Virus record (IMG/VR): IMGVR_UViG_3300025887_000011
Span: 1-64,000 of that record
DNA length: 64,000 nucleotides
Reading direction: 5' to 3' (one strand)
From: a virus
Positions within the stretch are counted from its first letter, which is position 1, and each line of letters starts with the position of its first letter. The position numbers and the translations under genes were made by a program. Shown piece by piece: positions 38,648-47,955 of this stretch. The notes below the pieces were generated by a model. It worked only from the letters and a program-made list of their open reading frames with translations, did no database searches and was not told the origin of the DNA.

Positions 38648-39771
38648 GTCAGTTCTGCTATCGCATTTTTAAAATATTTAATCAAGAAGTCAGAAAGTTT
38701 GTCGTCGTCTTCAATCAATTTAAACAGGTTGTTCTCTCCTTGTATTTTTTCTGGAAACTCAAGTTCGTTTTCAATGAGCAGTTCTTTAAAGTCTTCTGTA
38801 GCGGATATCCAAGCTCCCCCTTTTTTAAGGAACTCCCAAGCATACATCAAATCAATAATCTCTTTTTCAATCCATATAGAGTTTCCTCCTTTACGGCCAT
38901 ACCTCAAGGGGTAGGTTATTCTAGAGTTTGTTTTTTCGTTGGGTGACTTTTTAACTGTGACAACAGCAAAGTGGCCAATAATTGGATTTTTTTTCATGTC
39001 CATTTTTTTAATAGAAGAGTTTTGAAGTATAACATCCTTATTAAATCTTGGTTCAAATTCGATAATCCAATTAGCAAAGTGAAGTAGTGCGTTGCCTCCT
39101 GTAGCGCTGGTTTGTCTAATGGGGGCCTTTGTATAAGGATCTAATTTGATATCTGCTCTGACTTGAGAAATAAATATTGCCATGTGACCTCGCTTCGCCA
39201 AAGCAATAGACATTTTCTTCATAAAAGTACCTGCAATTACGGCCCCACCAGCAATCTTAGAAGAGTCCTCAAACCCCTTATCCATATCATTCTTCGGTAT
39301 CAGTCCATCTACAGAGTCAAGAACAAAACAATACTTTGTGTCGTTTTCATTGTCCGCAACAAGTTGCCTCATTAAATCTACAGCTGTTTCATAAATATTA
39401 GATTCAAATACAAAACAAGTTCCATCCACCCAGTCTTTTGCGCTGAAAACAAATTCAAGACCAGATCTTTCTCTCATCTCTTTAGACAGTCTTCCTTCTG
39501 CTTTTATGTAAACACCTTTCGATCTAGGTATTGTAGATAGAAAGTTTTTTATAACCTCTAAAGCCTCTGATGTCTTGCCTCCTTCATTCATACCACAAAA
39601 TCTATGGAGTCCAGGCCCAAAGCCGCCTCCAAGCTGAAGGTCGAATTGTAGAGATCCGCTAGATACTTTATAATCTATCTCTTCTTCGAAGTTATAGTGA
39701 TCATCCTTGTTTGCCTTAAGGAATCTGTCTAATAAATTGATTGAGTCTTGTTGTTGTTCTTCTTTATTCAT
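38644..39771 (-). CDS. recA: RecA/UvsX-like recombinase
   Basis: SSGSLQFDLQLGGG, G.NEGGKTS, VLDSV, FISQVR, TGGNALLHFA. Confidence 0.9.
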   Translation of the reverse strand: MNKEEQQQDSINLLDRFLKANKDDHYNFEEEIDYKVSSGSLQFDLQLGGGFGPGLHRFCGMNEGGKTSEALEVIKNFLSTIPRSKGVYIKAEGRLSKEMRERSGLEFVFSAKDWVDGTCFVFESNIYETAVDLMRQLVADNENDTKYCFVLDSVDGLIPKNDMDKGFEDSSKIAGGAVIAGTFMKKMSIALAKRGHMAIFISQVRADIKLDPYTKAPIRQTSATGGNALLHFANWIIEFEPRFNKDVILQNSSIKKMDMKKNPIIGHFAVVTVKKSPNEKTNSRITYPLRYGRKGGNSIWIEKEIIDLMYAWEFLKKGGAWISATEDFKELLIENELEFPEKIQGENNLFKLIEDDDKLSDFLIKYFKNAIAELT

Positions 39772-40216
39772 CTAAAAATTTCTTTGTTGTTTTTTTTGTT
39801 CTCGTTATTATTTGATCTTCTCCGACCTTTTCTCCAATATTATACTCTGGATATTTATTGTTGTCAAACTTATAATTAAATGCTCTGAATTTCTCATCTA
39901 GTTTACCCCTAAGCTTAGGGCTTGTCAAGTAAGCTAAGGAATCAAATTTCTTACCGAAATTAACTATATTCATAAACTCAAGAGAATACCTTTCGCACAA
40001 AGAATTTAACATCTTCATTTCCCTTGCGAAGAAAAATCTTTTTTGTTTTTCTGGCACTTCTACTAAACGATAAAGAACGGATCTTTTGTTTATGTTTTTT
40101 TCTTTGCTTTCAATTTTAACCTTATCTTTAGCAAATAAATGCCCACACAAACAAGATACAGACCTTACGCCTGTAAACTCCTTGCATGAAGGGCATTGCT
40201 TTTTACCTCTTGGCAT
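39764..40216 (-). CDS. Hypothetical protein with N-terminal Zn ribbon
   Basis: KQCPSC...CLCGHLF. Confidence 0.65.
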   Translation of the reverse strand: MPRGKKQCPSCKEFTGVRSVSCLCGHLFAKDKVKIESKEKNINKRSVLYRLVEVPEKQKRFFFAREMKMLNSLCERYSLEFMNIVNFGKKFDSLAYLTSPKLRGKLDEKFRAFNYKFDNNKYPEYNIGEKVGEDQIITRTKKTTKKFLDE

Positions 40217-40225
40217 AGGTTGACC

Positions 40226-41257
40226 TTATCCGATATTTATATCGGTGTCAACCATCTTTTTAACAAGCCCTTGGAAATTTGTTTTTCTGATCCAGCCAAG
40301 CTCTTTTTCTGCTCTGGAAGGGTCCCCTAATAAAAGCTCTACTTCGGCAGGTCTGTAATATCTAGGATTAATCTCAACAAGTAATTTATCACCGTGGATA
40401 TATTTCTCGTCTAGACCTTCACCGACCCATTTGCATTTTTCAGCACCGTAACCAGCATAAGAAAAAGCAGTTTCCACAAAATCTCTGATTGTATGGGTCT
40501 CCCCAGAAGCTAGAACATATTCCTTTGGCTCTTTTTGATTAAGCATCTTCCAAATACCATCTACAAAATCCTCCGCATCAGACCAGTCTCTTTTTGCTTC
40601 AAGGTTTCCAAGCTCAATAGGTTTGAAACTATCTCCGATGCTGTTTTTCAAAAATATCTCAGCCACACCTTTAGTGACTTTTCGGGTAAGAAACTCTTCA
40701 CCTCTCCTTGTTCCTTCGTGATTAAATAACCAACCTTGTATTGCATAAAGATTGTAAGAGTCCCTCCAAACTTTAACCAAGTGTCTTGCGGAGGCTTTGG
40801 ATGCTCCATACGGGCTTCTGGGGCGCAATGGATGCGTCTCGTCCTGAGGAGCGGTAACTACGTCGCCGAATTCTTCAGACGAGCCAGCATTGTAGTATCG
40901 GCAATCTGGGCAGTATTTGCGGATAGCCTCAAGCTGGTACAATACAGACATGCAATTTGTATTCATGTGGTTCTCTGGCATATCCCAACTAACACCAACA
41001 AATGAATTTGCTGCAAAATTAATAAAGTAGTCTGGCTTCTCTTCTTCGATAACACGATTGACATTTGATTGGTCAGTTATGTCAAGGTCGATGAGTCTAA
41101 ATCTTGGGTTGTCAGACAAGTGTTTTATGTTTTCGTGATTTTTAACACTAAGTCGGCGCACTCCTGCGATGATATCGATGTCTGTATTCTCCAACAAGTA
41201 GTCAGCCATAAAGCTTCCGTCTTGTCCTGTTACACCTGTGATAATTACTTTTTTCAT
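40226..41257 (-). CDS. gmd: GDP-mannose 4,6-dehydratase
   Basis: ITGVTGQDGS, SSEEFG, PRSPYGASK, LFNHE, LGNL.AKRDW, RPAEVELLLGD. Confidence 0.93.
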   Translation of the reverse strand: MKKVIITGVTGQDGSFMADYLLENTDIDIIAGVRRLSVKNHENIKHLSDNPRFRLIDLDITDQSNVNRVIEEEKPDYFINFAANSFVGVSWDMPENHMNTNCMSVLYQLEAIRKYCPDCRYYNAGSSEEFGDVVTAPQDETHPLRPRSPYGASKASARHLVKVWRDSYNLYAIQGWLFNHEGTRRGEEFLTRKVTKGVAEIFLKNSIGDSFKPIELGNLEAKRDWSDAEDFVDGIWKMLNQKEPKEYVLASGETHTIRDFVETAFSYAGYGAEKCKWVGEGLDEKYIHGDKLLVEINPRYYRPAEVELLLGDPSRAEKELGWIRKTNFQGLVKKMVDTDINIG

Positions 41258-41671
41258 TTAAACGTAGTCTGTGCAAACGCCAAAGCATTTGTATTTTTTT
41301 TCCTTCCAGTTAACATCATTATCTACAATAACACATCTTTTTTCAACTCTTTTACCAGGAAAAGTCCAAATAATTTTTTTTGATGTTAGTGTATAGTCGT
41401 CGTTTTCGTGCCAAAAGTAATTACAGCTTGGAGGACAGTTAACCAAAGCCTCTAAATTCTTGCAATGAATCCATAGACCTTTATTGTATAAAAAAGAAAA
41501 ATCTATCTTGTATTGAGGGTAATCATGCCCAAGAAAAAAACAGGAATCTTTTTGCCATAAATCTATCTCGCAATCAAAACCAAGCTGTAAACATTTTAAG
41601 ATTTGATCTGGATTGTTCTCTGTATCTTTGTTTACTCCTTTAAGGTTCCCTCTGTGCGATATTATCTTCAT
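41258..41671 (-). CDS. Minimal glycerophosphodiester-phosphodiesterase-like protein
   Basis: ISHRGN...EN...GFDCEID...LGHD, WIHCKN, GVCTD. Confidence 0.75.
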   Translation of the reverse strand: MKIISHRGNLKGVNKDTENNPDQILKCLQLGFDCEIDLWQKDSCFFLGHDYPQYKIDFSFLYNKGLWIHCKNLEALVNCPPSCNYFWHENDDYTLTSKKIIWTFPGKRVEKRCVIVDNDVNWKEKKYKCFGVCTDYV

Positions 41672-41698
41672 GATTTGATATTACGTAGAATAGGCATT

Positions 41699-43063
41699 CT
41701 AAATTTTATTTTTTAAAAACAAATCGAGATCTTCTGGAGTTCCTAAACCCCACATTTTTTCTATATTAAATGTTTTTATTTTTTTGCCGTCAGCTATAGC
41801 TTCATTAAAAACTGGACAAACATAAAACTCATTATTAAATCTTTTGTTTTCACTAATCATTTGTTCTGCATATTTAACATAATCAGAACCCTTCTTCCAA
41901 TAATAAATCCCAACTGTGGCAATATCTGATATCGGGTTTTTTTCTGCAACCTCTGTAACGAAACCGTTTTCATCAATTTTAGCAAAAGACCACTTAGGAT
42001 GCGTCGACCTAAAGGTCAGTATCCCAGCATCAAGATCTTGTTCTTGCATTTTATACATAAACTCACTTGTGTCCCACTCAGCAAATTGGTCGGAGTTCGC
42101 TATGATTAAAGGGTTGTCATTATTTATAATATCTTTAGCCAACAGCGTAGTACAAGCGGCACCTTCTGTGATTCCTTCGACTTCTACTATGTTCGGTTTT
42201 TCTGCAATCATGCCAAGCATTGAATCAAGGTTATATTTTTCTCTATGACTTTTTTGAACTATAAAAGAATGCTTGCTTTCAAAGTTTAAGTTGTCCACGA
42301 CAACTTGTATCATTGCTTTGCCATCTACCTCAATCAAAGGTTTTGGAAATGTATAGCCAGCTTTTTCAAAACGACTACCTGCACCAGCCATGGGAATAAG
42401 AACATTTAGCTTCCTATCTTGCCACTTTGTATTTGTATTTGTGTTTTTCGTTTCCAAAAGGTTTCTTTCTATTTTTTCTAAAGTCAAGTCTTTCGCATTT
42501 TTAACCCTAACCACTTTAGCTCCAGATCTTTGAGCCGCTAGTAGTCCGTGTGGAGAATCTTCCACTATCAATGTTTCTTCTGGGTTTTTTTCAAGTATTG
42601 ACATAGCATCCCAATACATTTGAGGATGAGGTTTTGAATTTTTTACATCTTCGTTGGAGATTATAAGATCGAAGTACTCTATTACGCCTACTTTAGAAAG
42701 CATTAGTATAACAGACCTTCTTATAGAGTTGGAGCAACAAGCAATCTTAAAACCTTTAGCTCTTAAACCCTTAAACATTGAGATTAAATTTTGATTAAAT
42801 TCTAATTCTTGTATCTTTTTAGATGTTATTCTTTGTTTCCCTTGCCAAATTTGTTTGTGCAGTTTTTCTGGCAATCCTTTTTTCTCTGATAGAATATTTA
42901 ACTTAGATGTTGTTTTGAGACCATCATAAATACTCAAATGTTCTTGTTCAGATATTACAAATTCTGATCCGACTTCAGCCAAAGCCTCGTTCAAGGCATC
43001 GTAATGAATTTCTTTAGCGTCAACTAAAACACCGTCTAAATCAAATATTATTAATTTTATCAT
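41699..43063 (-). CDS. HAD phosphatase fused to a sugar-phosphate nucleotidyltransferase
   Basis: FDLDGVL, KPHP, VEDS; IPMAGAGSRF...PKPLI, EK, GLGTPEDL. Confidence 0.88.
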   Translation of the reverse strand: MIKLIIFDLDGVLVDAKEIHYDALNEALAEVGSEFVISEQEHLSIYDGLKTTSKLNILSEKKGLPEKLHKQIWQGKQRITSKKIQELEFNQNLISMFKGLRAKGFKIACCSNSIRRSVILMLSKVGVIEYFDLIISNEDVKNSKPHPQMYWDAMSILEKNPEETLIVEDSPHGLLAAQRSGAKVVRVKNAKDLTLEKIERNLLETKNTNTNTKWQDRKLNVLIPMAGAGSRFEKAGYTFPKPLIEVDGKAMIQVVVDNLNFESKHSFIVQKSHREKYNLDSMLGMIAEKPNIVEVEGITEGAACTTLLAKDIINNDNPLIIANSDQFAEWDTSEFMYKMQEQDLDAGILTFRSTHPKWSFAKIDENGFVTEVAEKNPISDIATVGIYYWKKGSDYVKYAEQMISENKRFNNEFYVCPVFNEAIADGKKIKTFNIEKMWGLGTPEDLDLFLKNKI

Positions 43064-43761
43064 AAGTCTCTAAAAAGTTTGTAGTAGTGGTTTTGTAGAG
43101 GCGTTTTTTTAATATTAAACAAATCAGAACAATGTAAATTAAAACCAAGGAAACATTCTGGATTAACAGCACAACCATTTTCTACCATAGATTCTATACG
43201 GACAAACGTTTGACTATAAACATCCATATCTTTACTGTTTGAAAAACTAAAAAGATCGTTTACTGCGTATTCAGTATGAACAAATTGATCATTAATATAC
43301 ATGTTCTCTTGGTTGTAATCATCAATTTTAAAATCTTTTGTGAAAAACAAGTCGGTTCTTAACCTTACGGACCAATCAAAATCAACATTTCTTGCTTGAG
43401 AAAATAAAATCTTCAAGTTATTAGCCATCATAATTGAATAAAACATAGAAAATGTGTTTTCAATAGGATGCGGGAACCTTGGATCTGGGATTAAATCGCT
43501 TTTAAAAGATATAGGCTTCTCCAAAAGAAAAGAATCTGGATTAACATCTAAAATGTCAGAAACGTTTTTAGATTTATAAAAACCCCTGTCTGTTCTTTCT
43601 CCAAAATGACTTTTACCTTCTAAAGATTTATCAGACCAAGAGTGAAAAAATATATAAAAATTATATTCTGGGTTTGCCTCTACAATATGTCTTACATGTG
43701 ATTCAAAGCATTTTTTAAAGTCTCTAATTTGACCAGAATAACAAAGTGCTACGTTTTTCAT
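43060..43761 (-). CDS. Putative glycosyltransferase-like protein
   Basis: ALCYSGQIR...SMFYS...RLRTD...ND pattern typical of glycan loci. Confidence 0.55.
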   Translation of the reverse strand: MKNVALCYSGQIRDFKKCFESHVRHIVEANPEYNFYIFFHSWSDKSLEGKSHFGERTDRGFYKSKNVSDILDVNPDSFLLEKPISFKSDLIPDPRFPHPIENTFSMFYSIMMANNLKILFSQARNVDFDWSVRLRTDLFFTKDFKIDDYNQENMYINDQFVHTEYAVNDLFSFSNSKDMDVYSQTFVRIESMVENGCAVNPECFLGFNLHCSDLFNIKKTPLQNHYYKLFRDL

Positions 43762-44702
43762 TTTATTTTTTCAATTAAGTTTTCAAATTTTCTTGCTATG
43801 TTCATCCAATCAAAAGACTCTGCATAGGAAACTATACTATCTCTTTGGTTTAAAGAAATATGTTTGTTTGTTTCTATTTTATCATTAATATAAATTATGT
43901 CATTTATCCTATCATCGGGAATAACAGTTATAAAATCCTTTGATGTATCTAGATTTTGAACACAAGCTTCTGTAACTACAAGCCCAAGACCAGCAGACAT
44001 AGCCTCTAAACATACTAATGGCTGAAGTTCAGAAGACGAAAGAAGTATCAAGTTAGCATAATGAGTCAAATCTTCTTTAACTTTTTTAGATTCCCATGCA
44101 CCTAAGTAATTAGGGTCATCTTTATTGAAATCACTATCAAAACAAGATCCTACATACTTAACCATCGATGTTTGGCTTTGCAGTTGAGCTTGCCTTTTTC
44201 TTGAATCTATCTTACCTAAGCATATACTATACTCTGAGTTCTCTACGTATTGTTTTTTAACCCTGTTAAATTTAGAAAAACAAACTCCGTTTGGCAATAT
44301 GTTTATTTTACTAGGAGATATTCCAACTTTTAAAAGTAGGTTTTCTTCGAAGGTTGTTAGGCAAAAAAAGTTACAGTCATAAAAAAACTCCCTTATCAAC
44401 TTTTCGTGAAAAGGCAAGCTGTTTATAAAACTACCGTCATGAGTTGTAATAATTTTTTTACACTTGAGGTGAGGCATCATTTCCCAATGCTTACCGTAGT
44501 GCAGGTGAACTATATCTGGATTTATTTCAAGAACTTTTTGATGAGTAAGGTTAGTCGATTTTTCATTTATAAAATAAACATCATGACCAAGCTTTCTTAA
44601 TGATTCATACTGGTTCCAAAGCACAGTCTCTAAAGCGCCCCAACCATCTGGAGGTATTTCTATTTCACCTGGAGCTATAAAACATATTTTCATTTTGAAC
44701 AC
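43758..44702 (-). CDS. GT4-family glycosyltransferase
   Basis: IPPDGWGALE, PNGV, LGKIDSRKRQ, ELQPLVCLEAMSAGL. Confidence 0.85.
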   Translation of the reverse strand: MFKMKICFIAPGEIEIPPDGWGALETVLWNQYESLRKLGHDVYFINEKSTNLTHQKVLEINPDIVHLHYGKHWEMMPHLKCKKIITTHDGSFINSLPFHEKLIREFFYDCNFFCLTTFEENLLLKVGISPSKINILPNGVCFSKFNRVKKQYVENSEYSICLGKIDSRKRQAQLQSQTSMVKYVGSCFDSDFNKDDPNYLGAWESKKVKEDLTHYANLILLSSSELQPLVCLEAMSAGLGLVVTEACVQNLDTSKDFITVIPDDRINDIIYINDKIETNKHISLNQRDSIVSYAESFDWMNIARKFENLIEKIK

Positions 44703-45286
44703 AGTTTATTGTAAATTTCTATATCTTTTTCGTAAAGAAACTTATAATCTTCGAATTTAACTTCTGAGATTTTATTGCCAACAGATTCGTTTTGATGATA
44801 AGCTTCAACCTTTACGTCTAAGTATTCAGATAAGTTATCAAAAAGTTGATCGTCACACAAGAAGTCTTTATCGGTTATTTTTTTTTCTCCATCAAAAATA
44901 AATTCGTTTTGAGGACATCCATGTATAAAGTTACAACTTTGAATGTAATACTTGTTTCTTATTGAATTAAGGTAAGAATAATAAAAAAACAAATGTTCTG
45001 GGTTTCCTAAGTGCTTGGTAGCATAGGAAAGAGAAGAATAAAACCTTTCTTCTGGGTTTCTAATCGTAGAAAAAACTTTATAACCGTTATCTATAGCTGA
45101 CTGTATAACATGAAATTTAGAGTAGTGCATTGGCAGCATATGAGTTTTATCTATAGTCCCATCTTCGGTTGCCATATGAGTATCTATAAGATCTGGATCT
45201 ATCTTCTTAAAAGATTTGTATATAGAAGAACCCCAATTCTTAGGGATATGTATATATAGGAATTTTAACTTGTGACTAACCAGCAT
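44690..45286 (-). CDS. Carbohydrate sulfotransferase (Sulfotransfer_2-like)
   Basis: FLYIHIPKNWGSSI and FSTIRNPEERFYS. Confidence 0.8.
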   Translation of the reverse strand: MLVSHKLKFLYIHIPKNWGSSIYKSFKKIDPDLIDTHMATEDGTIDKTHMLPMHYSKFHVIQSAIDNGYKVFSTIRNPEERFYSSLSYATKHLGNPEHLFFYYSYLNSIRNKYYIQSCNFIHGCPQNEFIFDGEKKITDKDFLCDDQLFDNLSEYLDVKVEAYHQNESVGNKISEVKFEDYKFLYEKDIEIYNKLCSK

Positions 45287-46301
45287 TGTATATTTCGTTG
45301 TATTTTAGTAAAGCTTCTTTAGTGTAACTCATTTGGAAACCTCTGTCAAGTATAATAGATGCAAAATATTGTTGTTTTTTTATTAATGCTTCTACGTCTT
45401 CTTTTTTCTTAAACGCCTTAAAATCTTCAAGAAAGGATTCTTCTTCGAATGTAGGAAGAATTCCAAGATTGTTTAAAAAAGAATGATACCAAATATAATC
45501 GTCTTCATTCTCTTTTGGTTTCACCTGTATCAATAAAGAATTAGAAGCGAGTTGCCACATCATCCTATCTCCAGAAACTGTGTTTCCGTTTATATAGGCT
45601 ATGTATTTATATTTTAATTGATCTTCTGAAGAAGTATGCTCTGAATATATTTCACTTTTATTTATATTGTGGCTTTTTAACATATCATCAGAGTAATGAG
45701 CAAAAAAGGTTATTTTAGAATCTATATATTCAGAGTCTTTATTGTTAATGCAGAACGTTAATCTTTGATTTAAAAGATCTTCTCTTTGTTTGCTTGTGTC
45801 TGAACCTCTAAATATTATGCCATCTTTTTTTTCTGAAAAAGGAATGTCATCATTTAGGTAAGTTCTTATTTTGTAACCAAAGGTCAAGACCCCGCATACT
45901 AATGGGTCTGGCATTCCAATATGATTACTTGACTTATGCCTACCGAATGTAGAGAACTTTGTATATTTATCTGTGATTGGTAGGCCGTCATTTAAACAAG
46001 CTACAAACCTGCAATTTAATTTAATTTTATAAGTGTCTATGACTGATTTAATCAAGCCGTAAAAACTTTGAAGTTTCCATTCGTTATTTTTATCTGCAAT
46101 AGCATCTATAACTTTAATAGGTGACAATTCTCCATTTTGATCTGTATCTGGATCTTCAGTATTAATTTCAAAAACGAATTCAAGAAGGCTTGCTCTTTCA
46201 TGTTTTTCTAGAAAACTTTTGTTAAATTTTATGGTATTATTTTTAAATTCGCTTTCTATGCAGTAATCAACTACATCTTCACTTGTGTATAAAGTAGACA
46301 T
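45276..46301 (-). CDS. GT90 (CAP10/POGLUT-like) glycosyltransferase
   Basis: PFSEKK..IIFRGS.T, QLKYKYIAYINGN...R..W.L.SNSL; probable start MSTLY at 46301. Confidence 0.75.
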   Translation of the reverse strand: MSTLYTSEDVVDYCIESEFKNNTIKFNKSFLEKHERASLLEFVFEINTEDPDTDQNGELSPIKVIDAIADKNNEWKLQSFYGLIKSVIDTYKIKLNCRFVACLNDGLPITDKYTKFSTFGRHKSSNHIGMPDPLVCGVLTFGYKIRTYLNDDIPFSEKKDGIIFRGSDTSKQREDLLNQRLTFCINNKDSEYIDSKITFFAHYSDDMLKSHNINKSEIYSEHTSSEDQLKYKYIAYINGNTVSGDRMMWQLASNSLLIQVKPKENEDDYIWYHSFLNNLGILPTFEEESFLEDFKAFKKKEDVEALIKKQQYFASIILDRGFQMSYTKEALLKYNEIYNAG

Positions 46302-47025
46302 CTTTTCTATTATTTTGGTATTTTTTAAATTCACTACATACTGGATCGCCCATTAAGAATTTGTTTTCAGAAAGTATAGATCTTAATAAATATTGAAGTA
46401 TCCACATGTCAGAATTAAAATCGGTGTTACCCATCTTTATTCTGGTTTCACAAAATTTTTGATAAAACAATAGCATATCTTCATATCGACCTCCTACAAC
46501 GCCCATATTTATAAGCTCCCAAGAATTATTATTAATAATGAATTTAACACTGTCATCCCAATTAAATTGATTGTGAACATTCAAGTATGGGAACTCTTGT
46601 AATTGGATGCTGTCTTTACAAGCAAAATAAGAATAATCTGGGAAAGATTCAATAAGTCCAGAAGGATCTTTTACAACGACAACATCAGAAGCATCAGTAT
46701 GAAATACTGTGTCGAATTTATTTTCTTCAAGATAGTTTCTAAAACAAAAGAATCTATAGTCGTTATTTGAATATTCAAAGTCACCTACCTTCTTGAATTT
46801 TATTTTATCTGTCTCGTATTTTGATACAAAATCATCAGATAATCCATCATAAAAAAGAACAGCATTTAGATTTTTATCTAAAATAGAATTATACCATTTT
46901 TCAATATATGGAAAATAATCCTTTTGTATATGGTTGTTTTCCATCCTGCCGACAACATGCTTGTCATCGACACTGTTTGGATGTATTTTTTTTGTGAAAT
47001 ATGAACTAAGTATTACACTCGACAT
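46279..47025 (-). CDS. Putative GT-A-fold glycosyltransferase
   Basis: DYRFF, VFHTDASDV, LINMGVVGG, DM, FIHK. Confidence 0.6.
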   Translation of the reverse strand: MSSVILSSYFTKKIHPNSVDDKHVVGRMENNHIQKDYFPYIEKWYNSILDKNLNAVLFYDGLSDDFVSKYETDKIKFKKVGDFEYSNNDYRFFCFRNYLEENKFDTVFHTDASDVVVVKDPSGLIESFPDYSYFACKDSIQLQEFPYLNVHNQFNWDDSVKFIINNNSWELINMGVVGGRYEDMLLFYQKFCETRIKMGNTDFNSDMWILQYLLRSILSENKFLMGDPVCSEFKKYQNNRKDVYFIHK

Positions 47026-47058
47026 GAGGTATTATACCTCAAATGCTTTCGTCTTCAA
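47026..47058 (-). promoter_or_regulatory. Sigma70-type promoter with a 15-bp palindrome over the -10 box, heading the glycan cluster
   Basis: TTGAAG-16-TATAAT; GAGGTAT-A-ATACCTC at 47026-47040, directly before the ATG. Confidence 0.55.
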
Positions 47059-47914
47059 CTATATAATCTACATATTTTAGATCTGAATTGATTTCAAGTA
47101 TTTCGTCCATATTGACAACGGAAGACTCATCCCAACCCCACTGACTAAGTATTTCCTCATCATCCCATTCTACAGCCTCAGAAGATACCGATTTGTTTAC
47201 TGGTTTTTTACTCCACATCTTACAAGACCAGTAACGGGGTGTCGTTTTATCCTTGGCTGTATCACACTTATGTCTAGCTCTAAAGCTACGACGGCGATCT
47301 GGATCATCTCTTTTGATTTCCATATTTGGGTCACCAAACTTAACTACGATAACGTTGCCCGTTTTTGGGCTTTTTACGTAAACTCCAAATTTTTTGCTTT
47401 CACCTTTTAGCCGAAACGGCTTATTAAGTGTCTTTTTTTCAGCTTCTGAATAGAAGAGCTCTTCGCATTCAGCATCTTGATCCCATTTTTCCAAACCAGC
47501 CTTAACCAAATCTAGGTTTGCTAAGTTTAAATCTAAATCGGAGAAAGAAAAGAACGAGCAGATATTTTCTCCTTCTTCTCGGTAACGATTAGATATAATG
47601 TCTTTTTCAGATTCAATATATTGTTCGTCAACATTTTCTCCTCTGTTGCACTTTAAAAACATATTTACCCTGGCCATAGCCCATTGGCTTTTGGTTTTGC
47701 CAACCCTATGAGTAGAATTATAAGAATGAGAACCTCTTAAATAAACTCTTTTTAACTGATCTTCAGATACTTTATTTTCATAACGGTCGTTATGTTTTTG
47801 AGTTTTTTCAGATATAACGGAAGAGATTATTTCAGAAACATCGAATGAACTAAGGTAATTAACCTTGTAATCTTTGTTTAATTCTTTTATTTGCTTAGAA
47901 AAATCGTATTCCAT
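47039..47914 (-). CDS. Conserved phage protein with two recognisable modules
   Basis: LKRVYLRG....HR....QWAMARVN.F and KFGDPNM.IKRDDP.RRRSFRARHKC...RYWSCKMW, both familiar from large aquatic phages; function unknown. Confidence 0.7.
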   Translation of the reverse strand: MEYDFSKQIKELNKDYKVNYLSSFDVSEIISSVISEKTQKHNDRYENKVSEDQLKRVYLRGSHSYNSTHRVGKTKSQWAMARVNMFLKCNRGENVDEQYIESEKDIISNRYREEGENICSFFSFSDLDLNLANLDLVKAGLEKWDQDAECEELFYSEAEKKTLNKPFRLKGESKKFGVYVKSPKTGNVIVVKFGDPNMEIKRDDPDRRRSFRARHKCDTAKDKTTPRYWSCKMWSKKPVNKSVSSEAVEWDDEEILSQWGWDESSVVNMDEILEINSDLKYVDYIVEDESI

Positions 47915-47955
47915 TGTGATAAATTATTACACTAAAATTTTAAAATAATGAAACG

